Shown here: positions 9,763-18,001 of the stretch, in pieces
Numbering within the stretch: position 1 is the stretch's first letter
How the letters are laid out: every line of letters starts with the position of its first letter
NCBI GenBank assembly: GCA_030599585.1
Contig: JAUVNS010000008.1
Coordinates: 9,628-73,627 of the forward strand
From: Promethearchaeota archaeon
Lineage (GTDB): Archaea > Asgardarchaeota > Lokiarchaeia > Sigyniarchaeales > SOKP01
DNA length: 64,000 nucleotides
Reading direction: 5' to 3'
The notes under the pieces: model-generated
Databases searched by the model: none
Seen by the model: only the letters and a program-made list of their open reading frames with translations
Told to the model about the DNA's origin: nothing
Position numbers and translations under genes: made by a program

Positions 9763-9867
9763 TTAGATATATCAATAAAACCAAATTAACATTACAGTTA
9801 TATTCTATTTTGAAATGATTTTACTAAAAGAAAAAGTTGATTTGACAATTCTTTAATCTATGAATAA

Positions 9868-10251
9868 TTAGTTATTTTTTTTTTTTAGGATATTCTTAAC
9901 ATATGCTATAATTTCATTACCAGAAATGGCCTTAACTAAGTAACCATCCGCACCTAATTCCTTACCTTTTTGAATGTCCTCAAAAAAATTTTTCACAGAA
10001 AACAAAACTACAAGAATTTTTGGATATCTTGCTTTGATCTCCGTTAATATTTCATAGCCGTTCATTCCAGGAAGCATAATATCAAGCAAAATTAGTGCTA
10101 TATCGTCATGTTTTTCTTCTACGATATCTAACGCATCGTAACCATTATTACATGTAATTGTTTCGTATTTCTCCAACTGTAAAAACTTTTCAGTCAGATT
10201 TGTAATATCTTCCTCATCATCGACTATTAAAATCTTTTTTACTGCTGACAT
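9868..10251 (-). CDS. Single-domain response regulator (CheY-like receiver)
   Basis: ILIVDDEEDI acidic pocket, phospho-acceptor LILLDIMLPGMNG, conserved S/T (FSVK) and K (YLVKAISG). Confidence 0.9.
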   Translation of the reverse strand: MSAVKKILIVDDEEDITNLTEKFLQLEKYETITCNNGYDALDIVEEKHDDIALILLDIMLPGMNGYEILTEIKARYPKILVVLFSVKNFFEDIQKGKELGADGYLVKAISGNEIIAYVKNILKKKNN

Positions 10252-10420
10252 TGTAACTCTATTTTCAGATAAGTCTAATTATTATATAAAATCCTTAAAT
10301 TTTAATCTTAATTTAATAACTACCTAATATAGTGTCATTTTAGTTGTTTAAAAAGTATGTATGATTTGCATGTTTTGATCCCTAGGCTCGATCAATTTAT
10401 TTATTTAAAAAGGAGTTAAT

Positions 10421-10442
10421 CCTAATGCGAGTAGGCATTAGG
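10421..10442. other. Perfect 8-bp hairpin between the two receiver genes (possible terminator or attenuator)
   Basis: CCTAATGC-gagtag-GCATTAGG. Lies 45 nt downstream of the 10487 gene end and about 170 nt upstream of the 10251 start. Confidence 0.3.
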
Positions 10443-10486
10443 AAATGTTATAAAAGTCCAATAATTTATTGAATATTTAATAGAAC

Positions 10487-10867
10487 TTAATTATTTAATA
10501 CTTCCTTTACATAAGATCGAAGTTCGTTTCCTGAAAATGGCTTAGTTACATAACCATCAGCACCTAATTCTGTGCCTTTTTCTATATCCTCTTTAAAACT
10601 CTTAACTGTAAAAAGAATTACTTTAACATCCTTATAAGTATCCTTTGATCTAATGGTTCTAAGGACCTCAAAACCTGAGAGCGCGGGCATCATCACATCA
10701 AGTAATATTAATAAGATTTCATCATACTTCTCTTCAAGAATCTTTAATGCTTCTTTACCGTTACTACATGTAAGGGTATTGTAATTATCGAGTTGTAAAA
10801 ATTTTTGAACGAGACTAACTATATCTGGCTCATCATCACAAATAAGAATAGAATTTTTATCTGACAT
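10487..10867 (-). CDS. Single-domain response regulator (CheY-like receiver), paralog of 9868-10251
   Basis: ILICDDEPDI, LILLDVMMPALSG, FTVKS, YVTKPFSG. Roughly half of the positions are identical to the neighbour by eye. Confidence 0.9.
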   Translation of the reverse strand: MSDKNSILICDDEPDIVSLVQKFLQLDNYNTLTCSNGKEALKILEEKYDEILLILLDVMMPALSGFEVLRTIRSKDTYKDVKVILFTVKSFKEDIEKGTELGADGYVTKPFSGNELRSYVKEVLNN

Positions 10868-10984
10868 ACCAAATCTTGATACTTTTTTTTGATTACTTAT
10901 ATTAAATTTCGTTTAATATATTAGATCAACTTATTTAACTAATTTATATGTATACTTTTTACTATTCTGAATCAAAATTCTATT

Positions 10985-11644
10985 ATGCCTAAATACGATA
11001 GTACTCCGAAGTTCCCTGACTCATATCTTGGGCATAAATCTTTAGACTATGATTCATCAATATGGATGGAGAGAAATCAAAAAAAAACTACACTCCTCTG
11101 TTCACAATATTTGTATGACGAAAGATTAGATGAACTAGAGAAACCGAATTTTTTAAAAGACGAACCTTTTTTCATTCTTGATTTAGGCTGTGGAACTGGG
11201 TTTTCCACTGAAATTTTATTAGAGTGTGGTTTTAGGGTAATCGGAGTCGATATCCTACACGACATGCTTTCAAAAGTAAAAACTAAGAAGAATCATATGA
11301 AAAACCAAAACAATCTCGAACTACTTTTGGCAGACATAAATTATTTACCCTTAAGAAGTTCTTCAATAAATCACGCAATTTCTATCTCAGCCTACAATTT
11401 CATCACCCATAGAGCAAAGTCGATTAGAGACAAAACGAAAATTGCAAATAATACTGCAAAGTATTTGTATAAATTACTAAAACCAGGTGGAAGAATTATA
11501 ATTGAATTCTACCCTAAAAACGATCATGAACTGGAAATGTATAGTTCATCTTTTAACAACAATGGGTTTACTGGGTTTGTCGTCAAACAAAATCCTAATC
11601 AAAAATCAGGTCAGACTTTCTTATTACTAAAAAAATGTGATTGA
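10985..11644 (+). CDS. Class I SAM-dependent methyltransferase, Bud23/WBSCR22-like (candidate SSU rRNA m7G methyltransferase)
   Basis: SAM motif I ILDLGCGTGFS. AISISAYNF block. C-terminal EFYPKNDHE...GFTGFVVKQNPNQKSGQTFLLLKK closely mirrors the Bud23-specific block as I recall it (QFYPKNDDQ...GFSGGLVVDDPESKKNKKYYLVL). Confidence 0.65.
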   Translation: MPKYDSTPKFPDSYLGHKSLDYDSSIWMERNQKKTTLLCSQYLYDERLDELEKPNFLKDEPFFILDLGCGTGFSTEILLECGFRVIGVDILHDMLSKVKTKKNHMKNQNNLELLLADINYLPLRSSSINHAISISAYNFITHRAKSIRDKTKIANNTAKYLYKLLKPGGRIIIEFYPKNDHELEMYSSSFNNNGFTGFVVKQNPNQKSGQTFLLLKKCD

Positions 11645-11805
11645 ATATGGGAATGTGTAAATTTTGCGGCAGATTTGAAAAAACAATTTCAAATGTTCTC
11701 AGTTTATATAGAAAATAGAAGATAAAGTTCTTTTAATGTATTAATGATAAAATTTATTACTTTTTAATAATTTTTCAAACTACTCAATTAAAAAAAGTTT
11801 AAATA

Positions 11806-12111
11806 ATGCAGCAAGCACGAATAAGACTTAGTAGCACTCAATTACCAGCTTTGAAAGCTGTGTGTGACCAAATTGAAAGCGTATGCAAGAATCAAGGAAT
11901 TAGAAAACTAGGCCCTATTCCTTTACCTACAAAAAGATTACGAGTTCCAGTGATGAAAGCACCATCTGGGCAAGGTACCTCAACTTGGGCAAAATTTGAG
12001 ATGAGAATTCATAAACGCCTCTTTGAAATAACTGCCAATGAACGATCAATGCACCTTATTATGAAAATTCAAATTCCAGAGTCTGTCTTAGTAGAAATTG
12101 AGTTAATGTAA
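11806..12111 (+). CDS. rps10: Ribosomal protein uS10 (S10)
   Basis: ARIRLSS...GPIPLPTKRLRVPVMKAPSGQGTSTWAKFEMRIHKRLFEI matches the archaeal/eukaryotic uS10 consensus. 101 aa. Confidence 0.95.
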   Translation: MQQARIRLSSTQLPALKAVCDQIESVCKNQGIRKLGPIPLPTKRLRVPVMKAPSGQGTSTWAKFEMRIHKRLFEITANERSMHLIMKIQIPESVLVEIELM

Positions 12112-12181
12112 TAAAACTTCTTTCTTTAGATTTTTAACATTTTTCAAGAGAATTAATATAGTTTGAATTTCTCCATTATTT

Positions 12182-12691
12182 ATGCCCTTTACACCATTTC
12201 ATTTTGGTCCGGGTTTACTTATTAGCTTAACATTTCTTTCATTCATTGATATTCCTACTTTCTTAATAGCGAGTGTAATCGTTGATATTGAACCATTTTT
12301 AGTGTTAATTTTTGACCTAAATTATCCTCTTCATGGTTTTTTCCATAGTTTTTTAGGAGGTTTCATCGCTGCCGTTTTTTTATCGATGGTTATGAGTAAG
12401 ATTAGAAGGTACTTTACCCCTTTGCTTACATTTTTTAAAATAGAACAATCTATATCGCTTAAAAAAATATTATTTTCGAGTATTTGTGGGATTTTTCTCC
12501 ATATATTATTAGACTCTCCTCTTTATTTGGATATCCAACCATTTTTCCCTTTTGAATTTAATCCATTTTATAGAAATACCTTCATGCCTGGCTTAATTGA
12601 GTATTTAATTTGTGCTTGGTGTTTCATAGGAGCAATTTTTGTCTATATAATTAGGTTGTTTCAACATAAAAATAGAAAATTATTTCCTTAA
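12182..12691 (+). CDS. Integral membrane protein (DUF4184 / membrane-bound metal-dependent hydrolase-like)
   Basis: The MPFTPFHFGPG N-terminus and several conserved His in TM segments (HGFFHSFLGG, LHILLD) resemble that family. Assignment is tentative. Confidence 0.4.
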   Translation: MPFTPFHFGPGLLISLTFLSFIDIPTFLIASVIVDIEPFLVLIFDLNYPLHGFFHSFLGGFIAAVFLSMVMSKIRRYFTPLLTFFKIEQSISLKKILFSSICGIFLHILLDSPLYLDIQPFFPFEFNPFYRNTFMPGLIEYLICAWCFIGAIFVYIIRLFQHKNRKLFP

Positions 12692-12760
12692 AACTTTTAG
12701 GATGAATTTAAATCAATGGTTAAATTTTATGTTTATAAGACATTGAGCTCTTTTTAAATC

Positions 12761-13483
12761 ATGACAGATTATCATACTAAAACATTTTACGGCCAAAAAT
12801 CAAGCATTACACTTACAAGCCCTTCTAAATCAGCTCCGTATGTTTTCTTAAGTTGTATAAATCGTAAGAAAGATGGTACATGGGAGAACACATCTAAAGG
12901 AGAAGGAAAAACAGTTAAAATAAGTACTGAAGAAATCATTTGTATTTTAGAAGTTCTTCTTAAAAAAAGCGCAAATTGGAGAGGTTTTCACGTCTTTAAA
13001 GAGCGTAAAACAGAAATATACGTAGGCTGGGAAAAAGAATCTCGTGAAGTAGTTCAGATCAAAATTGGTGAATATATAAAGAAACTCCGTTTTCCTAATC
13101 TAAATTTTTTCACATTAATGCTTGAGCATATATTGAGCGAAAAAATTGAATTTGCTACTAGCGGAAAATCCAAGATGACATCATCGGACGGAGTTACTCA
13201 GGATGAGGGCGAATATGGTGTATTTTCAGAACACATTATTGCACGAAACGGATTACAAGTAGTTGAAACTACGGAATTTGGTGTTTTAAAAGATACGATC
13301 GAGATCAAAGCTAAAGTTAAAGTAGAAAGCCCTAAAGCACTTTTAATAACGCTAGAATCGGATAAAGAATTTTGGATTCCAAAAAGCACAATTCACAGCA
13401 ATTACGACATGGAAAACAAAAAGAACTTCCAAACTCTTGTTGTAGATAAATGGATTATAGAAAAACAAAGAATACCCCAATGA
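12761..13483 (+). CDS. Hypothetical two-domain protein
   Basis: 240-aa ORF. Its stop overlaps the next start (ATGA at 13480-13483). No family recognised with certainty. Confidence 0.5.
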   Translation: MTDYHTKTFYGQKSSITLTSPSKSAPYVFLSCINRKKDGTWENTSKGEGKTVKISTEEIICILEVLLKKSANWRGFHVFKERKTEIYVGWEKESREVVQIKIGEYIKKLRFPNLNFFTLMLEHILSEKIEFATSGKSKMTSSDGVTQDEGEYGVFSEHIIARNGLQVVETTEFGVLKDTIEIKAKVKVESPKALLITLESDKEFWIPKSTIHSNYDMENKKNFQTLVVDKWIIEKQRIPQ

Positions 13484-14727
13484 CAAATAAAGATATAAGT
13501 GAAAAATTTTATGGTAAGCCATTATTTGTGAATTTACTATTATTAATTATAAATCTGTTTTTGTTTATCTTCAAGCTCATTGTTTCTAGTTTAAGTGGAA
13601 GCTTAGCTCTTCAAGCAGATGCTTTTGATAATTTAACAGATATAATTATGGTTTTTGCGGCTATAGTTGGAATATACTATGCTAAAAGAAAACCTAATAA
13701 TAAATTTCCCTATGGTTATTACAAAATCGAAAATATAATTAGCCTAATTATTTCAATGGTCATATTTTTTACAGCTTATAACATAATTACTACATCGTTC
13801 TCTGAAATTTCTGAAACTATTGCTGGATTTCCAAAACAGATAATAGTTACCCCTACAATTTTTCTTTTCCTAATAATATCTTTACTAATTTCTTTCTTAT
13901 CAACTATCTATTTAAAAGTAGTAGGAAAACAGACGAAATCACCCATTATTCAATCTCAAGCTACTGAAAAACTTTACGATAATCTGATATCTTCTTCAGT
14001 AATAATCGGGTTTATTAGTGCTTTATTTAGTATAAACCTTGTAGATTCAATTATTAGTTTAGTTATTGCCTTGCTTATCATTAAAGGGGGATATGATATT
14101 TTCTTAACATCTACTAAAACATTATTAGACGCAGTGATCGATTTTGATAAAAGAAATGAACTCTATAAAATAATAGATAGCTATCCAAATGTTAAAGAGA
14201 TTGAAAACATTGAAATTCGCTCCTACGGGAGATATATTTTTGTTGAAATTGTAATTGAATTAAATAAAGAACTCCATTTACATCAAGTAGAATTACTAAA
14301 AAATAAAATATCAACAAAAATAAAAACAGAGTTCCCTGAAATCTTTAAAATTATAATTATTTCTCAGGCTCAACCAAAAGAAATTATTAAAATTGCTGTC
14401 CCTTTATTGAAAAACAATGGATTAGATTCTAAAATTTCTGAGCATTTTGGAGAATCTCCTTTCTTTTCTATAATGGAATTGCAAGAAGAAAATAATCAAT
14501 TCAAATTAATCAATCATAACATTGTCCCAAATAAGTTTAAAGACGAAGAAAAAAGGAAAGGAATTTTGATTTCTGAGTGGTTCTTAGAAGAAAAAATTGA
14601 TAAGCTTTATTTAAAAAGTGATTTAAAAAAAGGTCCAAAATTGATCTTAGAAAATAGTTTAGTTCAAATGATAATTACTAAATTTGAAAGTTTACATGAG
14701 ATTATCGAACAAGAAACACAAATTTAA
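13480..14727 (+). CDS. Cation diffusion facilitator (CDF) transporter fused to a NifX/NifB-type (dinitrogenase FeMo-cofactor-binding family) domain
   Basis: Six TMs with SGSLALQADAFDNLTD (TM2) and ZT_dimer-like IEIRSYGRYIFVEIVIEL. The C-terminal IKIAVPL..GLDSKISEHFGESPFFSIMEL matches the NifX-like family start. ATG 13480 was chosen over 13450. Confidence 0.8.
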   Translation: MTNKDISEKFYGKPLFVNLLLLIINLFLFIFKLIVSSLSGSLALQADAFDNLTDIIMVFAAIVGIYYAKRKPNNKFPYGYYKIENIISLIISMVIFFTAYNIITTSFSEISETIAGFPKQIIVTPTIFLFLIISLLISFLSTIYLKVVGKQTKSPIIQSQATEKLYDNLISSSVIIGFISALFSINLVDSIISLVIALLIIKGGYDIFLTSTKTLLDAVIDFDKRNELYKIIDSYPNVKEIENIEIRSYGRYIFVEIVIELNKELHLHQVELLKNKISTKIKTEFPEIFKIIIISQAQPKEIIKIAVPLLKNNGLDSKISEHFGESPFFSIMELQEENNQFKLINHNIVPNKFKDEEKRKGILISEWFLEEKIDKLYLKSDLKKGPKLILENSLVQMIITKFESLHEIIEQETQI

Positions 14728-14793
14728 GTCTTAGAATAAAAAATATTTACCTAAGAACATTTTATTAAGTACTTAAACTTTTAATTGATTTCT

Positions 14794-15621
14794 ATGGAAT
14801 TGGATATTAACTTGTTAAAATTAATTGCATTAAACGTATATGATGCCATACATCCGATCTTAGGCTCTAAGAAGGCCGCAGAAAAGGCTCAGAGGGGCGC
14901 AGGAGGCGATATTTCAATGCAAATAGACCTTATTGCGGAAAAGATCATTGTTAACACTTTGGAAAATGAGAAAGTAAATCTATTGTTAATTAGCGAAGAA
15001 TTAGGCGAACAATATATAGGAAATAGAGAAAAAGCAATTAAAAGCCAAAATGTTTTAATTATCGATCCTGTTGATGGTTCTAATAACGCAGTGAGAGGAA
15101 TCCCTTACTGTTCTATATCAATAGCCTATGCAATAGGTAAGAGTATAAAAGACATAAGAAAAGCTGTAGTCTTAGATTTAGTTTCAAAAGACATTTATTG
15201 GGCTGTTAAAGGAGAAGGTGCTTATTTAAACGATAAGAAAATTCGAGTTTCAAATTTGGACCTTTCAGATAATTGTTTTTTTGAGCTCAATCTTCCAAAA
15301 AATAACGCTTTTACATCTATCGAGAGATTAAAACCAATAATTGAACGATTCTATCGCATCAGAATACTCGGGAGTAGTGCTTTAACCTTATGTCAAGTTG
15401 CCAAGGGTAGTATGGAAGCTTTTATTAATTTGCGAGAATCTAATAGGTTAGTTGACGTTGCTGCTGGCCTTCTAATACTCAAAGAAGCAAACGGTCAATT
15501 TTTCTCTCTTGATGGAATCGAGATTGATCAAAAACTATCTATAGACTTAAAATTTCCCTTTGTAGCTTGTAATGCGAAACTAGAACATTTCTTAAAAAAC
15601 GAGTTAAGTTCCAATTATTAA
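14794..15621 (+). CDS. suhB: Inositol monophosphatase / fructose-1,6-bisphosphatase family protein
   Basis: ISEELGE metal motif, IIDPVDGSNN, VDVAAGLLILKEANG. The ORF opens at TTG 14785; the first ATG is 14794. Confidence 0.85.
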   Translation: MELDINLLKLIALNVYDAIHPILGSKKAAEKAQRGAGGDISMQIDLIAEKIIVNTLENEKVNLLLISEELGEQYIGNREKAIKSQNVLIIDPVDGSNNAVRGIPYCSISIAYAIGKSIKDIRKAVVLDLVSKDIYWAVKGEGAYLNDKKIRVSNLDLSDNCFFELNLPKNNAFTSIERLKPIIERFYRIRILGSSALTLCQVAKGSMEAFINLRESNRLVDVAAGLLILKEANGQFFSLDGIEIDQKLSIDLKFPFVACNAKLEHFLKNELSSNY

Positions 15622-16697
15622 GATGGGATATTGATAGGATATTTGCCGTATTTTCTCTTTATATTATGCATCGCTTCAAATCTATCAATTGTAACTGCTG
15701 GATTTATACTGTGACCCGAGCTAAATATGTATCCCCCGCCTGGTGCTAATTCTCGTATTAACTTTTTAGCATAATCTTCTATCTCTGAAATCTCCCCCAT
15801 TACTAACATGATGGGACTTAGATTGCCAATAAAAGTTATCTTGTCACCATATTTCTTGTTTAGTTCAAATATATCGTAATCCTTATTAGCAGTTGTAGAC
15901 TCTACAGGATTGATGGCGTCAACTCCACAATTCACAATATCGCTAAAAATTTCCATTAAATCTCCATCCGAATGCAAAATAATCTTGCAATCTTGCTTAT
16001 GAGCGGCATCACATATTTTTTTTATCCATGGAAATATATATTTGCGATATAAACTAGGTCTCATGAATAATCCGTTTTTAAATCCATAATCATCCCACAA
16101 TAATACCATCTGAGCGTCATTTTCGGCGAGAATTTTAACTAATTCCAGAGTAAAGGAACCTCTATCATCAAATATTCTTTTTATTTGCTTTTCGTTGCCT
16201 AATATTCTTGAAAATGTTTCGATTCCAAAGCCCTCCCAAGCACATTCCATGAGTGCCCCCGTGGATGGAATTGAAAATACTGTATCATCCATTTCATTTT
16301 GTATTTTTCTTCCGCTTTTAAATTGCATTATTCTAGCTCTTAAATTCGGATCTGGCAGTTCCCAGCTTTCATAGTCCTCAAACGAGTTAAAGTGCCCTCC
16401 GTGGTAAGCCATGATCATAGTTTTATCATCAGCATATTCATATTTCATTATTCTACCATATTCGTCTATAAATCCTCCCCTAAACATTTTTCGGGGAAAT
16501 AAGCTTACATAACTAAGAACTAAATCAATTCCAACTTTCTCAAAGAATGCATAAGCACCCTTATAACCTCCTGATGTACGTGGATCAATACCGTAATGTC
16601 TAATAATTGTATTGTTTGTAAAAGCGCTTTCAAAAGCAGGAACTCGATCCGGTTCTTTGTGCTCAATAGTAGTTAAAACTCTTTCTGGAGCCTTCAT
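15618..16697 (-). CDS. Uroporphyrinogen decarboxylase (URO-D) family protein, MtaA/CmuA-like
   Basis: N-terminus VLTTIEHKEPDRVP, central HSDGD, TIM-barrel-length 359 aa typical of URO-D-like methyltransferases/decarboxylases. Confidence 0.7.
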   Translation of the reverse strand: MKAPERVLTTIEHKEPDRVPAFESAFTNNTIIRHYGIDPRTSGGYKGAYAFFEKVGIDLVLSYVSLFPRKMFRGGFIDEYGRIMKYEYADDKTMIMAYHGGHFNSFEDYESWELPDPNLRARIMQFKSGRKIQNEMDDTVFSIPSTGALMECAWEGFGIETFSRILGNEKQIKRIFDDRGSFTLELVKILAENDAQMVLLWDDYGFKNGLFMRPSLYRKYIFPWIKKICDAAHKQDCKIILHSDGDLMEIFSDIVNCGVDAINPVESTTANKDYDIFELNKKYGDKITFIGNLSPIMLVMGEISEIEDYAKKLIRELAPGGGYIFSSGHSINPAVTIDRFEAMHNIKRKYGKYPINIPS

Positions 16698-16802
16698 TAT
16701 ATCTTCTATTAATAATGTTTTATTAAAATCTTTAATTACCTTAAGAAGGGCTTTAAAATATTTAAAAGTTTAATTTTACAAATTTGTAGAGCTGATTCTG
16801 AT

Positions 16803-17399
16803 TTGAGTGAATTTAAAAGACTAACAACAGACTTCTTTTCAAGAGGAACAATTGAAGTGGGTAAGGATCTGTTAGGTAGATATCTAATAAAAGAAACCGA
16901 AAAAGGAACTATTATAGGAAAAATAATAGAAGTCGAAGCGTATTTAGGTCTAAATGATAAAGCGTGCCACGCTTATAAATACAATAAAACCGAAAAAACA
17001 AACGCTATGTATATGAAACCTGGTACTTTTTATGTGTATTATATTTATGGCATATATTTTTGCTTTAATGTCATTACTGAGCCAATAGACATCCCCTGTG
17101 CTATTTTTGTAAGAAAACTTCATCCAATAGAGAGAATTGATTTAATGTTGGAAAATCGAAGTGTAAAAATTGGAAAAAATAATAAGAATTTGGTTGATGG
17201 ACCAAGCAAATTGTGTATGGCATTCAATATAACTAAGGAAAATTACAACGGTAAAGATTCTTGCGCAGAAAATTCAAAACTCTATTTTGCTCAAGGAAAA
17301 AAGATTTTAGATAAACATATTATTTTAGGAAAAAGAATTGGGATCGCTTATGCAGAAGAGGACAAAGACAGGTTATTGCGGATGTCTTTAAAGGAATAA
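16803..17399 (+). CDS. mpg: DNA-3-methyladenine glycosylase (MPG/AAG family)
   Basis: FFSRGTIEVGKDLLGRYL, EVEAYLG..DKACHAY, PGTFYVYYIYGIYFCFNV. TTG start, no in-frame ATG upstream. Confidence 0.9.
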   Translation: MSEFKRLTTDFFSRGTIEVGKDLLGRYLIKETEKGTIIGKIIEVEAYLGLNDKACHAYKYNKTEKTNAMYMKPGTFYVYYIYGIYFCFNVITEPIDIPCAIFVRKLHPIERIDLMLENRSVKIGKNNKNLVDGPSKLCMAFNITKENYNGKDSCAENSKLYFAQGKKILDKHIILGKRIGIAYAEEDKDRLLRMSLKE

Positions 17400-17404
17400 T
17401 AAAG

Positions 17405-17713
17405 CAAAAACCTGGATTTCGATTCCAATTCGAATACTACGACCATATAATGTGCTCCTCCACGACCTTACCATAAAGCGTGAACATCTAAACTTACGAT
17501 TGCTCCATCCCTGGCCTGATCGGTTTTGTTATTACGAGTTTATGCCTTCCCTACGGAAGACCCTACTCTGACACCCACCATCATGGGGATCGCTTCGCCG
17601 GAACATAAAATTGGATAATATTCCTCATGAAACCTGAATCCAAGCAATTTGCACTAATGAGGACTTTGTGCTCCGTCCAACAAAGGGACTTTAGGCCACC
17701 CCAAACGGCCCAT
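17405..17713 (-). ncRNA. Signal recognition particle RNA (archaeal 7S RNA)
   Basis: GC-rich, ORF-free island in an AT-rich genome. On the minus strand, helix 8 reads CGAU-CAGG-CCA-GGGA-UGG-AGCA-AUCG (plus-strand 17497-17522): asymmetric-loop CAGG, GNRA-type tetraloop, symmetric-loop AGCA, closing CGAU/AUCG. It is preceded by a helix-6-like hairpin GGUCUUCC-GUAG-GGAAGGC (17544-17563). 5' GGGCCG... and 3' oligo-U. About 309 nt. Ends are approximate. Confidence 0.75.
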
Positions 17714-17731
17714 AAAAATAAAATGAATGTA

Positions 17732-17741
17732 TTAATAAAAA
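17732..17741 (-). promoter_or_regulatory. TATA-box-like element upstream of SRP RNA
   Basis: Minus-strand TTTTTATTAA centred about 25 nt upstream of the GGGCCG 5' end. Confidence 0.3.
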
Positions 17742-17783
17742 CTTGATGAACTATTGAGAATAAGAAATGTTAAAGTTAAGGGA

Positions 17784-17942
17784 TTAATCTAATGTTAATT
17801 CTTTATTGATCCTACGGCGTAATATAGATAAAAATTCTTCAGTATCTGGAAAAACATAAGTAATATTGTCTCCATCGTCATCAATCGTAACTTCTTTGAA
17901 AAATTTACCTTCAATTTTCACTTTCATGTCGTTTAGTATCAT
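17784..17942 (-). CDS. Small ORF (52 aa), hypothetical
   Basis: MILNDMKVKIEGKFFKEVTIDDDGDNITYVFPDTEEFLSILRRRINKELTLD. Below the ORF-track cut-off. It is the only ORF in this 280-bp gap. Confidence 0.2.
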   Translation of the reverse strand: MILNDMKVKIEGKFFKEVTIDDDGDNITYVFPDTEEFLSILRRRINKELTLD

Positions 17943-18001
17943 ACAAAAAGAATATTAATCGAATTTCAAAAAACCACATAACATGGAAGTAATATTACTT
18001 T

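Noticed and set aside
17405-17713. RNase P RNA interpretation (an AAAGUCC string is present on the minus strand)
   Set aside because: I could not find the other universally conserved RNase P blocks (ACAGAA..GGCUUA-type CR-V, CR-IV). The helix-6/helix-8 SRP motifs are complete.
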